Origin: Candidatus Roizmanbacteria bacterium RIFCSPLOWO2_01_FULL_40_14
GTDB taxonomy: Bacteria; Patescibacteriota; Microgenomatia; GCA-001788215; 2-01-FULL-40-14
DNA: 34,896 nt
Direction of reading: 5' to 3'
Assembly: GCA_001788215.1 (NCBI GenBank)
Contig: MGAO01000043.1
Coordinates: 29,176-64,071, forward strand
Shown: positions 16,946 through 25,921 of the stretch, piece by piece
Numbering within the stretch: the stretch's first letter is position 1
Layout: each line of letters starts with the position of its first letter
Program-made: the position numbers and the translations under genes
The notes under the pieces: generated by a model
The model's input: only the letters and a program-made list of their open reading frames with translations
Databases searched by the model: none
Told to the model about the DNA's origin: nothing

Positions 16946-17459
16946 ATTTCAGTTTCTGGGTAGATTTGATCGATGGGGATTTTGTTTCTTTTCTAGCAAC
17001 TTGTTTCTCTTTCTGTTCCCCAACGGTCCCTCCTGCTTTTTCAATTTTCTCTCGCGCCCCTTTGCTCGTCGGCAGTGTAACGGCAAGCGCAACAGACAAT
17101 TCACCATCGCCTAAAATTTTCACGCCCGTTTCCTTTGCTTTCTCCCCGACAATATGATGCTTGATGAGCGTTTCAATCGTTACCTGAGTATCTTTTTTGA
17201 GAATATTTAAATATTTTACATTGACACCAACAATTTTCTTGGTGTCTGGCTTTAACTTTCCTTTTCCTCGAAGAAGAGGAAGTCGTTTATAAAAACTTGA
17301 ACCAGCGGCAACTCCTTCAAACTGGAGAGGTACTTTTCCACGGGCTTTGCGGCCTTTTGTTCCACGTCCCACAGTGTGTCCGCCTTTACCTGAGCCGTAT
17401 CCGCGACCCAATCGTTTTTTACTTCCCTCTGTTGTTTTTGGTCTATTTGATAAATTCAT
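16944..17459 (-). CDS. rplO: 50S ribosomal protein L15
   Basis: KRLGRGYGSGKG, GRGTKG, FEG, KILGDG, KIEKAGG. Confidence 0.97.
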   Translation of the reverse strand: MNLSNRPKTTEGSKKRLGRGYGSGKGGHTVGRGTKGRKARGKVPLQFEGVAAGSSFYKRLPLLRGKGKLKPDTKKIVGVNVKYLNILKKDTQVTIETLIKHHIVGEKAKETGVKILGDGELSVALAVTLPTSKGAREKIEKAGGTVGEQKEKQVARKETKSPSIKSTQKLK

Positions 17460-17463
17460 TAAG

Positions 17464-17931
17464 TCACTCCGTTCGTAGCTTTCCCAATGCCTTCATTGTA
17501 GCATAGACATTGGTAATTTTATTGTTTGTTCCCAGTATTTTCCCTACTACATCTTTTATTCCCGCTAACTCCAAAACGGTTCGTACGGAACTTCCCGCAA
17601 TAATACCAGATCCTTTCGGTGCCGGTTTAAGAAAAATTTTTGCTGCACCAAATTTAACTTCAACGCGATGCGGTATGGTTCTTCCATCTTTTAACGGAAC
17701 TTTCAATAGATGCTTTTTTGCATATAACGATCCTTTTCTAATACCCGATATAACATCCTTTGCTTTACCCAATCCTGCTCCAACATTTCCTTTACGATCA
17801 CCGACGACTACCAGCGTTGAGAACCCAATACGGTTTCCCCCGCTTGTTTTTTTTGAAGTGCGGTTCACCTGAACAACGCGGTCCTCGAATGAACTTTCTG
17901 GTTGATTAATATGATCAGATCTATTTCTCAT
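17464..17931 (-). CDS. rpsE: 30S ribosomal protein S5
   Basis: VNR..K...GG, LVVVGD..G.VG.G.GKA, PAPKGSGIIAG. Confidence 0.97.
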   Translation of the reverse strand: MRNRSDHINQPESSFEDRVVQVNRTSKKTSGGNRIGFSTLVVVGDRKGNVGAGLGKAKDVISGIRKGSLYAKKHLLKVPLKDGRTIPHRVEVKFGAAKIFLKPAPKGSGIIAGSSVRTVLELAGIKDVVGKILGTNNKITNVYATMKALGKLRTE

Positions 17932-17934
17932 AGG

Positions 17935-18276
17935 TTAAAAATCTAACCCTTCCTCTCGAGCGCCTTCTGCGAGCGCTTTGATGCGTCCGTGATATTTGTA
18001 CCCGCGCCGATCAAAATAAGCTTTTCCGACTTTCTGTTTTTTTGCCTTTTCGGCGAGTAATTTTCCAACCATTCGTGCAATTTGCATTTTCTGTGTTTCC
18101 TGAAGTTTTTGCGCTTCTGTGTTTTTTGTTCCTTTGATCTCATGGTCTGACGCACTTACCAACGTTGCGCCCTTCGAATCATCGATAATTTGTACATAAA
18201 TATGCTGATTGCTTCGAAATACCACGACCCTATTTCGCTTATAGTTTTTCACTGTTTTTTTTGTTGCTTTTTTCAT
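17935..18276 (-). CDS. rplR: 50S ribosomal protein L18 (short N-terminus)
   Basis: [40 protein letters not shown]. Confidence 0.96.
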   Translation of the reverse strand: MKKATKKTVKNYKRNRVVVFRSNQHIYVQIIDDSKGATLVSASDHEIKGTKNTEAQKLQETQKMQIARMVGKLLAEKAKKQKVGKAYFDRRGYKYHGRIKALAEGAREEGLDF

Positions 18277-18282
18277 ATCGTT

Positions 18283-18831
18283 TTATGCTGCACCGGCTGC
18301 CTTAGCTGCTTTACCGGGCTTGATTCTGACATATTCACCCTCGTAGCGGATACCTTTTCCTTTGTAGGCATCAGGTGGTCTAACTCGTCTAATCTGTGCT
18401 GTAATCTCGCCTACGTGCTGCTTATCAATTCCTGAAACCATAATTTTTGCGCCTTTTGTCTGAAAGGTTATTCCTGGCGGTTGTTCAATTTCAACCGGAT
18501 GAGAAAATCCAATAGTTAGGACAAGCTTATCTCCGGCAATCTTTGCGCGATACCCTACCCCTTTAATTTCTAGTGTTTTCGCAAAACCTTCCGTAACTCC
18601 TTTTACGGCATTGGCGACTAAGCTTCGCGCCAAACCATGCAATGCCTTTTCGTTAATTGAATCGCCGCTTCGAGTCATTACTATTTGACCGTCTTCCTGT
18701 TTTGTCGTGATCTCTTTTGGCACGACAACTGACAGCTCCCCTTTTGGGCCTTTGACCATAATCCGCTTATCCGATTGGGTAATCGTGACATTTTCTGGTA
18801 TTGATATTGGTTGATTTCCTATCCGTGACAT
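18283..18831 (-). CDS. rplF: 50S ribosomal protein L6
   Basis: MSRIG, KGPKGEL, GVGYRA, GFSHPV, PDAYKGKGIRY. Confidence 0.98.
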   Translation of the reverse strand: MSRIGNQPISIPENVTITQSDKRIMVKGPKGELSVVVPKEITTKQEDGQIVMTRSGDSINEKALHGLARSLVANAVKGVTEGFAKTLEIKGVGYRAKIAGDKLVLTIGFSHPVEIEQPPGITFQTKGAKIMVSGIDKQHVGEITAQIRRVRPPDAYKGKGIRYEGEYVRIKPGKAAKAAGAA

Positions 18832-18844
18832 AATCGCTCCGTTC

Positions 18845-19255
18845 TTACCATATCTGACAGATCAGTTCTCCACCCATTCCCTGTTTTCGCGCTTCTTTGT
18901 CCGTCAGTAATCCTTTGGATGTTGAAATAACCGCTGTTCCATATCCGGAAAGAACTGATGGAATATGATCTTTATCAACATATATCTTTCTTCCCGGCTT
19001 ACTGACGCGCTTGGCGTTTTCCATTGCCGGTTTAGTACCGGTATATTTTAAATCTATCTCTAATACTTTTTGTTCTGATTTTCCACTCTTTGAAACCTGA
19101 CTTTTAACTTGCAATCTTTTAATATATCCCTTTCTCTCGAAAATATTTGCCAGTTCTACTTTCAGTTTTGAATGCGGTACCACAACACGTTGTTTACCGG
19201 CCATATAACCATTTCTAATATGAGTTAATAAATCTCCAATTGGATCGTTTACCAT
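18845..19255 (-). CDS. rpsH: 30S ribosomal protein S8
   Basis: [33 protein letters not shown]. Confidence 0.97.
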   Translation of the reverse strand: MVNDPIGDLLTHIRNGYMAGKQRVVVPHSKLKVELANIFERKGYIKRLQVKSQVSKSGKSEQKVLEIDLKYTGTKPAMENAKRVSKPGRKIYVDKDHIPSVLSGYGTAVISTSKGLLTDKEARKQGMGGELICQIW

Positions 19256-19434
19256 GATGCTTTGGTCACACCGGGAATTTCTCCCTTATGTGCTAACTCT
19301 CTAAAACATAATCGACAAAGGCCAAATCGCCGCATATAACCACGCGGTCGACCACAAAGTTGACAGCGGTTAATTTTCCGTGATGAAAATTTTGGTTTTC
19401 GTTTTGCTTTTATGATCAGTGATGTTTTTGCCAT
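19249..19434 (-). CDS. rpsZ: 30S ribosomal protein S14, zinc-binding (type Z) form
   Basis: MAKTS...RCQLCGRPR...[11 protein letters not shown]...IPGV.KASW; ATG 19434. Confidence 0.96.
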   Translation of the reverse strand: MAKTSLIIKAKRKPKFSSRKINRCQLCGRPRGYMRRFGLCRLCFRELAHKGEIPGVTKASW

Positions 19435-19454
19435 AAGTCGCTTCGCTCCTAAGA

Positions 19455-19529
19455 ACACGGGATGAAACGGGATTTAAACTGGAATCAACGGGAAATTATA
19501 TCCTGTCATCATCCTGTTTTATCCTGTGT
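19455..19529. repeat. Inverted repeat array between rplE and rpsZ
   Basis: ACACGGGATGAAACGGGAT pairs with ATCCTGTTTTATCCTGTGT; ACGGGA and ATCCTGT units repeated. Confidence 0.8.
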
Positions 19530-20064
19530 GCTTCTGGAATGGCATACCCATTTTTTCTAATAATACCTTTCCCTGCTTGTCATCGGTAGCCGTCGTAACA
19601 ATTACTACTTCCAGACCTCTTATTTTATCAAGTGATTCAAAATTCACTTCGGGAAACACAATCATCTCAGAAAATCCAATACTAATATTGCCATGGCCGT
19701 CAAACGTTCCTGCATTAATACCGCGGAAATCGCGGACCCGCGGCAAAACGATTTTAATGAGTCTTTCTAGAAATTCATACATGCGCTTACCCCGCAGGGT
19801 TACTTTTAATCCAATAGGCATACCGGCCCGTAATTTGAAGGCCGAAATTGACTTTGTGGCACGGGTTACTTTTGGTTTTTGTCCGGTTATAAGGGCCAAT
19901 TGTTCAGCCATTTTATCGATAATCTTTTTATCTTTGAGTGCCTCACCAAGCCCCATATTGACAATTATTTTTTTTACCTTCGGTACCATATGAACATTGG
20001 CTATCGAAAGCTCTTTTGACAGAGCCGGTATGGTTTCTGATCGGTATGTTTGAAGTAGTGTCAT
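19519..20064 (-). CDS. rplE: 50S ribosomal protein L5
   Basis: KIIVNMGLG, ITGQKP, FKLRAGMPIG.KVTLRG, LPRVRDFRG. Confidence 0.98.
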   Translation of the reverse strand: MTLLQTYRSETIPALSKELSIANVHMVPKVKKIIVNMGLGEALKDKKIIDKMAEQLALITGQKPKVTRATKSISAFKLRAGMPIGLKVTLRGKRMYEFLERLIKIVLPRVRDFRGINAGTFDGHGNISIGFSEMIVFPEVNFESLDKIRGLEVVIVTTATDDKQGKVLLEKMGMPFQKHTG

Positions 20065-20067
20065 AGG

Positions 20068-20373
20068 TTAAATTTGTTTATTCCCTTTCTTTGTAATTCG
20101 CTTTTTCTCTCCTTTTACCAGCGTGTATCCAATTCGTGTAGCAGTTTTAGTTACGGGATCAACAAGCGCTACTTTTGACGCATCGATCGGTCGTGGGATA
20201 TCGATAATACCTCCCGGATTTTTTTCATCACGGCGCTTAATATGACGCTTATATATATTGATTCCCGCAATACGAACCGTGTTTTTCTTTGGGTATACCC
20301 TTTCTATCTTTCCCGTCTTACCTTTATCCTTTCCGGTTCTGACAATAATGTTATCTCCTTTTTTTAATTTCAT
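20068..20373 (-). CDS. rplX: 50S ribosomal protein L24
   Basis: KKGD....TGKDKGK.G KOW motif. Confidence 0.97.
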   Translation of the reverse strand: MKLKKGDNIIVRTGKDKGKTGKIERVYPKKNTVRIAGINIYKRHIKRRDEKNPGGIIDIPRPIDASKVALVDPVTKTATRIGYTLVKGEKKRITKKGNKQI

Positions 20374-20377
20374 AGTT

Positions 20378-20752
20378 TTAATAGACCTCCTTGGCCATGC
20401 TCGCTATTTTGTTGTACCCTAAGTCTTTAATTTCCCGTGCAATCGGTCCAAACACTCGAGTACCTTTTGGTAATTTTTCTTTTAAATTTTCTAAAACAAC
20501 ACCGGCGTTATCGTCAAATCGGATTACTGAACCATCGACTCGTCGTGTTTCTTTCTTAGTCCGCACGATTACTACCAATACTTTTTCATGCTCCTTTACT
20601 GAACCGACAGGCGAAGCTTTTTTAACAATGCAACGAACCACATCACCGACACGGGCTATCTTCAAATTACCCTTGCCAGGTATGCCAATTACGTGTAATA
20701 TTTTTGCGCCTGAATTATCAGCTGCGTTTATATTTGATCTCAGTTGTAACAT
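20378..20752 (-). CDS. rplN: 50S ribosomal protein L14
   Basis: ADNSGAK, IRFDDNA, PKGTRVFGPIARE. Confidence 0.98.
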   Translation of the reverse strand: MLQLRSNINAADNSGAKILHVIGIPGKGNLKIARVGDVVRCIVKKASPVGSVKEHEKVLVVIVRTKKETRRVDGSVIRFDDNAGVVLENLKEKLPKGTRVFGPIAREIKDLGYNKIASMAKEVY

Positions 20753-20759
20753 GGTCGTT

Positions 20760-20990
20760 TTACTGCTTCTTTGTAACTTTAAATCTCTTGTCTTTACTCA
20801 TTGGTCTTGTCTCTTGAATCTCAACCATATCTCCATCTTTAAGCTTCATTCCCTCAACATGTGCTTTATATTTTTTGCTGCGCGTAACAGTCTTTTTGTA
20901 AATGGGATGCTGTATGGTACGCACCACAGACACTACTACTGTTTGATTCATTTTGGTCGATACGACGGTACCGGTAAGAAGTTTACTCAT
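20760..20990 (-). CDS. rpsQ: 30S ribosomal protein S17
   Basis: G.VVS.KM..TVVV, HP.Y.K, ETRPMSK.KRF; SD GGAGGT before ATG 20990. Confidence 0.96.
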   Translation of the reverse strand: MSKLLTGTVVSTKMNQTVVVSVVRTIQHPIYKKTVTRSKKYKAHVEGMKLKDGDMVEIQETRPMSKDKRFKVTKKQ

Positions 20991-21207
20991 GCGTACCACC
21001 TCCTGCCGCTTCTTCTAGAATTTGCTGTTCTCGCAAAACGGTAAGCATCAATGCAATCTCATGCTTTAGATTACGGACAATATTTTTGTTTTTTTCTTCA
21101 CTTGTCTTCAATTGCATACGCGCTACCTCTTCACGTTTTTTTTCAATGAGTGTTTCAAGCTCTTTTGCTTTCTTCTGCATAATTTGTTGTTTTGCTTTCT
21201 TTTTCAT
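20983..21207 (-). CDS. rpmC: 50S ribosomal protein L29
   Basis: Between rplP and rpsQ; helical, with N...R.LK..IA...TVL.E; start MKKKAK at 21207. Confidence 0.85.
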   Translation of the reverse strand: MKKKAKQQIMQKKAKELETLIEKKREEVARMQLKTSEEKNKNIVRNLKHEIALMLTVLREQQILEEAAGGGTHE

Positions 21208-21211
21208 ATTG

Positions 21212-21619
21212 TTATTCTTTGCTGACAATTTTTGTCTTAATCGGCATTTTATGTCCGGCTTGTCTGAGTGCGTCAAGTAATATAGCATCATCGAGACCGC
21301 CCACTTCAAAAAGAACTCTTCCCGGTTGGATTACCGCAACATAGTTTACTATGTCTCCTTTTCCGCCTCCCATACCTGTTTCATTTGGTTTACCTGAAAT
21401 AGGCTTGTCGGGAAATATACGAATCCATAATTTACCGCCTTTTCTGGTTCGTCGCGAAATGGCAACACGGGCTGCCTCAATTTGATTTGCCGTAATCCAT
21501 CCGCACTCAAGTGCCTTTAGTCCCATTTCTCCAAATGAAACGTTCATACCTCGACTTGCATTTCCCGGCATTTTTCCTCTGAATTGTTTTCTGTGTTTTT
21601 GTCGTTTTGGTTGTAACAT
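21212..21619 (-). CDS. rplP: 50S ribosomal protein L16
   Basis: MLQPKR.K.RKQFRG, QIEAAR, WIRIFPDKP, MGGGKG. Confidence 0.98.
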   Translation of the reverse strand: MLQPKRQKHRKQFRGKMPGNASRGMNVSFGEMGLKALECGWITANQIEAARVAISRRTRKGGKLWIRIFPDKPISGKPNETGMGGGKGDIVNYVAVIQPGRVLFEVGGLDDAILLDALRQAGHKMPIKTKIVSKE

Positions 21620-21626
21620 ACGTTTT

Positions 21627-22262
21627 TTATTTCCTGCAAACCCATACTTTCACACCAACATATCCTGATTTCGTCAAAGAGGGCGCAATAGCAAATTGAA
21701 CATCTTCCCGTATGGTTGTTAAGGGCACCGAACCCATAGCGTACTTTTCGACTCTACCGATTTCTGCTCCGCCTATTCTACCAGACAATACTATTTTGAC
21801 TCCTTTTGCACCGGCGTTCATAACTCTCTGCATAGCTTGATTCACCACTCGCTTATGATGCATACGTCGTGCGATTTGATCAGATATCATTTGTGCAACA
21901 AGCCGAGCTTCAAGGTCCGGCTTTTTCACTGGTTCTATTCGAATATCAATTTTGATATTGCCTCCGTCTTTTTTAAGGAATGTTTCCACTTCCTTTTTAA
22001 GCTTTGTCAATTCTTCACCGCCGCGCCCAATGGCGACTCCCGGCCGCGCAACGTGAAGCGTTATCGTAATCTGTCGAATTGATCGCTCTATTTCTACCCG
22101 CGCCAAACCCGCATTTTGCATTTCACGGTGCAGCATGCGCCGCAACCGCACATCTTCTACGAGTGTTTTTCTAAAATATTTTTTATCTTCGGAAAACCAC
22201 CGAGAATCCCAAGTATGTAATACCCCGAGTCGTAATGCATTTGGATTTACTTTTTGTCCCAT
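21627..22262 (-). CDS. rpsC: 30S ribosomal protein S3
   Basis: MGQKVNP..LRLG, ARPG..IGRGG, SGRIGGAEI. Confidence 0.98.
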   Translation of the reverse strand: MGQKVNPNALRLGVLHTWDSRWFSEDKKYFRKTLVEDVRLRRMLHREMQNAGLARVEIERSIRQITITLHVARPGVAIGRGGEELTKLKKEVETFLKKDGGNIKIDIRIEPVKKPDLEARLVAQMISDQIARRMHHKRVVNQAMQRVMNAGAKGVKIVLSGRIGGAEIGRVEKYAMGSVPLTTIREDVQFAIAPSLTKSGYVGVKVWVCRK

Positions 22263-22268
22263 ATATTT

Positions 22269-22841
22269 TTATTTACCTCCAATAACTTTTCGTGTTACAG
22301 TTGCTTTCTTCTGATACTGATTACTTTTCATCCGCTGTTTACTTTCCATTCCTATCTTTTCCCGATAACCTTTCTTTACTTCAACGATTTTCTTTTCACC
22401 TTTCTTAGGTTCTTCTTTTGGCGTGATTTTTTCAACTTTTAACCCGCCTGCAACGCTTTGCGTAGCAATGCGGGCAGGTTTTTCATTTTTAATTTTTACT
22501 TTGCTTTCCTTCATTTCATCTAAAATAACGGTAATATGACTCGTTTGTTTCTGATACTGATGGGCCGTACCGCGCGAAGCGGCGCGCCATCGTTTAAATC
22601 GCGGACCTTCATCTACCGTCAGTTGTTTGATATACAATCTATCTTTTGATAGTTTTGCATTATTTTCTGCATTGGCGATGCCACTTTCAATCGTTTTTTT
22701 GATAAAAAATGCTGCACGTTTTGGTAGACGTTCAAGCGTTATCAAAGCTCTCTCAAGCGGTAAATGCCGAACAGCAGATGCGACAAGCCGCGCTTTTCTT
22801 GGTGTTATACGAATATAGTTACTTTGTGATTTAATTTCCAT
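22269..22841 (-). CDS. rplV: 50S ribosomal protein L22 with ~80-aa C-terminal extension
   Basis: RITPRKARLVA, ANAENN, VDEGP, SHITV; extension after ILDE. Confidence 0.96.
   Translation of the reverse strand: MEIKSQSNYIRITPRKARLVASAVRHLPLERALITLERLPKRAAFFIKKTIESGIANAENNAKLSKDRLYIKQLTVDEGPRFKRWRAASRGTAHQYQKQTSHITVILDEMKESKVKIKNEKPARIATQSVAGGLKVEKITPKEEPKKGEKKIVEVKKGYREKIGMESKQRMKSNQYQKKATVTRKVIGGK
22441..22480. repeat. Palindromic element inserted in-frame in rplV
   Basis: AACCCGCCTGCA-ACGCTTTGCGTAGCAA-TGCGGGCAGGTT, encoding PARIATQSVAG. Confidence 0.85.
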
Positions 22842-22866
22842 AGTCACTCCGTTCCTGTGTGCTTCA

Positions 22867-23154
22867 TCACGTTTTCTCCAGTACCCGCTTTGTTACCTTT
22901 CCGTGTCCTCTAAACGTACGAGTCGGTGCAAATTCTCCCAGACGATAGCCAACCATATCTTCACTGATAAATACTTCAGTAAATACCCGGCCATTGTGAA
23001 TAGCAAACGTATGTCCGACAAATTCTGGAGCCACTTGACTGGCACGAGCCCATGTTTTGATTGGCATTTTTTTAGCAGATTCTTTTTGCTGTAAAACTTT
23101 TTTGAGCAATTTTGGATCTACGTATGGTCCTTTTTTACTGGATCGTGTTGACAT
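22867..23154 (-). CDS. rpsS: 30S ribosomal protein S19
   Basis: [30 protein letters not shown]. Confidence 0.98.
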   Translation of the reverse strand: MSTRSSKKGPYVDPKLLKKVLQQKESAKKMPIKTWARASQVAPEFVGHTFAIHNGRVFTEVFISEDMVGYRLGEFAPTRTFRGHGKVTKRVLEKT

Positions 23155-23156
23155 AG

Positions 23157-23912
23157 TTATTTTCTCCTCTCAATAATTAATCGGTCGCTCGACTTTTTTC
23201 GTCGGGTTCTGACACCCATTGCTTTTTTACCCCAGGGCGTTTTAGGACTCGGCATACCAATACCGCTTCTTCCTTCTCCTCCACCGTGCGGATGAGAACC
23301 AGGATCTTGCGCAACACCCCGTACCGTTGGTCTTACTCCCATATGGCGCTTTGTTCCTGCTTTACCGATATTCCGATGTTTGCGTTCGGTATTTGAAAGT
23401 TGTCCAATAGTTGCATAACACTCTTTTCGTACCATACGAACTTCACCGGAAGGAAGTTTCATACGAACATATTCGCCCTCTTTTCCCATAATAGTTGCAT
23501 AGTTTCCGGCGCCGCGCGCCATCTGACCGCCTTTTCCCGGCGTCAATTCAATATTGTGAACTTGTGTTCCAATCGGCATATGCGATACGGGAAGTGCATT
23601 ACCAATGGTCATTTCTGCTTTTTCACCTGAAATAACAGACGCCCCTTCCTGCAATCCATCGGGAGCTAAAATATATCGTTTATCTCCATCCTCGTACACA
23701 ACGAGTGCAATATCAACGCCCCGATTGGGATCATATGCAATATGGTCAACTCGGGCAAGGATATCATGTTTACTTCGGTTAAAGTCAATAATACGATACA
23801 TTCGCTTGTGCCGTCCTCCTTTATGGCGCATAGAGACTTTTCCCGTCGCATCTCGCCCAGCTTGATAAGATAAATTTTTGTGTAATTTTCTCGGATAATT
23901 GTGCTTATTCAT
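23157..23912 (-). CDS. rplB: 50S ribosomal protein L2 (short N-terminus)
   Basis: [34 protein letters not shown]. Confidence 0.98.
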   Translation of the reverse strand: MNKHNYPRKLHKNLSYQAGRDATGKVSMRHKGGRHKRMYRIIDFNRSKHDILARVDHIAYDPNRGVDIALVVYEDGDKRYILAPDGLQEGASVISGEKAEMTIGNALPVSHMPIGTQVHNIELTPGKGGQMARGAGNYATIMGKEGEYVRMKLPSGEVRMVRKECYATIGQLSNTERKHRNIGKAGTKRHMGVRPTVRGVAQDPGSHPHGGGEGRSGIGMPSPKTPWGKKAMGVRTRRKKSSDRLIIERRK

Positions 23913-23914
23913 AG

Positions 23915-24217
23915 TTATTTCGTCTGCTCAGGTGTAATACTGAATGCATCAATCGTCTGATCCTTTGCAATTTTCACCAGCGCATATCGCCGATTAGCCA
24001 TCTGAGTTGCCCGTCTCATCCGGCCAACTCGTTTTTCTTTTCCGACACGATTTATTGTTTTAACCGATTTCACATTTACTGAAAAAAGTTTCTCAACAGC
24101 TTCTTTTATCTGATGCTTATTGGCTCCCTTCTCAACTTCAAACGTATACAGCTGATCGCGTACGCGATTGATTGATTTTTCGGTAATGACTGGTTTTACT
24201 AAAATAGTTTGGGTCAT
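23915..24217 (-). CDS. rplW: 50S ribosomal protein L23
   Basis: PVITEKS, YTF.V...ANK.QIK.AVE.LF.V. Confidence 0.96.
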   Translation of the reverse strand: MTQTILVKPVITEKSINRVRDQLYTFEVEKGANKHQIKEAVEKLFSVNVKSVKTINRVGKEKRVGRMRRATQMANRRYALVKIAKDQTIDAFSITPEQTK

Positions 24218-24987
24218 GATTTTATGATCGTTTCTTGTAATACACTAATAGCATCTTTGCTGAAAATGAGTCGTTTCGTGTTTAACACGTCATAGGTATG
24301 TAATAGCCGTGCATCCTGCACCGTAAGATTTTCAATGTTGCGACCAGCTCGATAGAGCACGTCAATCTTTTTAGGCGTCGCGACGATCATTTTCTCTTGA
24401 ACTTTTCCGTGTTTTACGTGGCCGGTAATACTGTTTAATGCTTTGATAAATGCCTTTGTCTTTGCTTCCAACTTTTCAAATCCTTCAACCACGATAACAC
24501 GCTCATTTTTAAATTGAGACGTCAGTGCTGAACAAAGCGCCAATTGTTTCATCTTTCTGCTCATCGATTTCTCAAATGGACGAGGTCGGGGACCGTGTGC
24601 TTTTCCGCCGCCGACAAAAATTGAGGCATAGCGATCACCGTGCCGAGCACGACCGGTACCTTTCTGACGCCAGATTTTCCGGCGGCTCCCCGTTACTTCA
24701 CCACGTGTTTGCGCTATTGCGCCGCCCTGTCGTTGATTTATTTGATATACCCGAACTGCCTGCGCCATAAGGGATGTATTCACCGCAGCATCAAACAATT
24801 CTTTGGGCAATTCCATTGTCCCTTTTTTCTTCCCTGCAATATCAACGACGTCAACGGTAAGATTTGACGTTTTTGTCGCTGATTTTTGTTTCTGTATTTT
24901 CTTTGGTTCTTTGGATCCCTGCCCGCCATCGCTGCGTTTAGGCGCTGGCAGGCGGGTTTGGATCTTTGGATCTTTTATTTTTGCCAT
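24214..24987 (-). CDS. rplD: 50S ribosomal protein L4 with N-terminal extension
   Basis: TRGEV.G, QKGTGRARHG, GGG.AHGP.P. Confidence 0.97.
   Translation of the reverse strand: MAKIKDPKIQTRLPAPKRSDGGQGSKEPKKIQKQKSATKTSNLTVDVVDIAGKKKGTMELPKELFDAAVNTSLMAQAVRVYQINQRQGGAIAQTRGEVTGSRRKIWRQKGTGRARHGDRYASIFVGGGKAHGPRPRPFEKSMSRKMKQLALCSALTSQFKNERVIVVEGFEKLEAKTKAFIKALNSITGHVKHGKVQEKMIVATPKKIDVLYRAGRNIENLTVQDARLLHTYDVLNTKRLIFSKDAISVLQETIIKS
24910..24972. repeat. Palindromic element between TTTGGATC repeats, inside rplD
   Basis: TTTGGATC-[CCTGCCCGCCA..17 nt..TGGCAGGCGGG, 24918-24956]-TTTGGATC-TTTGGATC. Confidence 0.85.
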
Positions 24988-24990
24988 ACG

Positions 24991-25794
24991 TTACTCCTTT
25001 TGTTGTTTTACTGTACTTTCACCAGGTTTTTCTTCAATCTTCTTTTCGACGTGTCCTGCTGGTTGACTTTCTTCTACAGATTTTTCTGCGACCTGTTCTT
25101 TTGGCTGTTCAACTAATTGTTCTTCTTCCACAAGCGGCTTTTCAAGCCTCTCTAAGAGAGTAATACGTAAAAGTCCCCTTTTTGGACCGGGGACGGTGCC
25201 TGAGACTACTAATTCGTTATGATCTTTATCGATGCTAATAACGCGAAGGTTTTTAACCGTGACCGTCTCGCCTCCCATTCGACCTGCCATATGCTTTCCT
25301 CGATAGACGCGTCCTGGCGTGGTACCCGGACCTATCGACCCCGGAGCGCGCAAACGATCAGATTGGCCATGGGTTGCCGGACCGCCCTTAAATCCCCATC
25401 TTTTTACCACACCGGCAAAACCTTTTCCTTTTGATGTTCCGGTTACTGAGACAACATCTCCAGGTTGTAATACCTGACCAACCGATACCGCGTCGCCCGT
25501 TTTCATTTTTTTGTCGGCAAAAAGTGCGGAATCCACATGAACTTCTCTAAAAAAACGCGGCGCTTGTTTATCAAGCCCCGCTTTTTTAAGATGTCCTGTT
25601 TGTGGTTTGGAAATGCTACGTTTTGACTTTTCACCAAATCCAAGTTGAACAGCTGTATATCCGTCGGTGTCCACTGTTTTAACTTGAGTAACCCAACACG
25701 GACCAGCAGAAATAACCGTCACCGGCATACGTTGTCCTTTTTCATCAAAGGCTTGTGTTTGCTTTATTTTAGTACCGAGAATTGAGCCAATCAT
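24991..25794 (-). CDS. rplC: 50S ribosomal protein L3 with charged C-terminal tail
   Basis: DGY.AVQLG, GTSKGKGFAG, THG, PGSIG, GRMG. Confidence 0.98.
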   Translation of the reverse strand: MIGSILGTKIKQTQAFDEKGQRMPVTVISAGPCWVTQVKTVDTDGYTAVQLGFGEKSKRSISKPQTGHLKKAGLDKQAPRFFREVHVDSALFADKKMKTGDAVSVGQVLQPGDVVSVTGTSKGKGFAGVVKRWGFKGGPATHGQSDRLRAPGSIGPGTTPGRVYRGKHMAGRMGGETVTVKNLRVISIDKDHNELVVSGTVPGPKRGLLRITLLERLEKPLVEEEQLVEQPKEQVAEKSVEESQPAGHVEKKIEEKPGESTVKQQKE

Positions 25795-25800
25795 AACGAC

Positions 25801-25826
25801 AAAAAAATCACCCCAAATAGGGTGAT
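25801..25826 (-). terminator. Terminator-like hairpin in the rplC 5' leader (candidate attenuator)
   Basis: On the minus strand, ATCACCC-TATTTG-GGGTGAT runs into a T-run that ends 6 nt before the rplC ATG. Confidence 0.65.
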
Positions 25827-25896
25827 CGTGGCGACTACCTATTCAGGAATGTTACAGCAACGTGTTAAGCGTATTCGCTGTTCATTATTAAAATCG

Positions 25897-25905
25897 ATTG
25901 TACCA
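25897..25905 (-). promoter_or_regulatory. Extended -10 promoter of the ribosomal operon
   Basis: TG-G-TACAAT on the minus strand, about 100 nt upstream of rplC. Confidence 0.5.
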
Positions 25906-25921
25906 TCTTCGTTTCAGCCTG

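Noticed and set aside
20391-21044. 217-aa antisense ORF, and many similar ORFs opposite ribosomal genes, secY and recA
   Set aside because: Shadow ORFs of conserved genes with no recognisable motifs.
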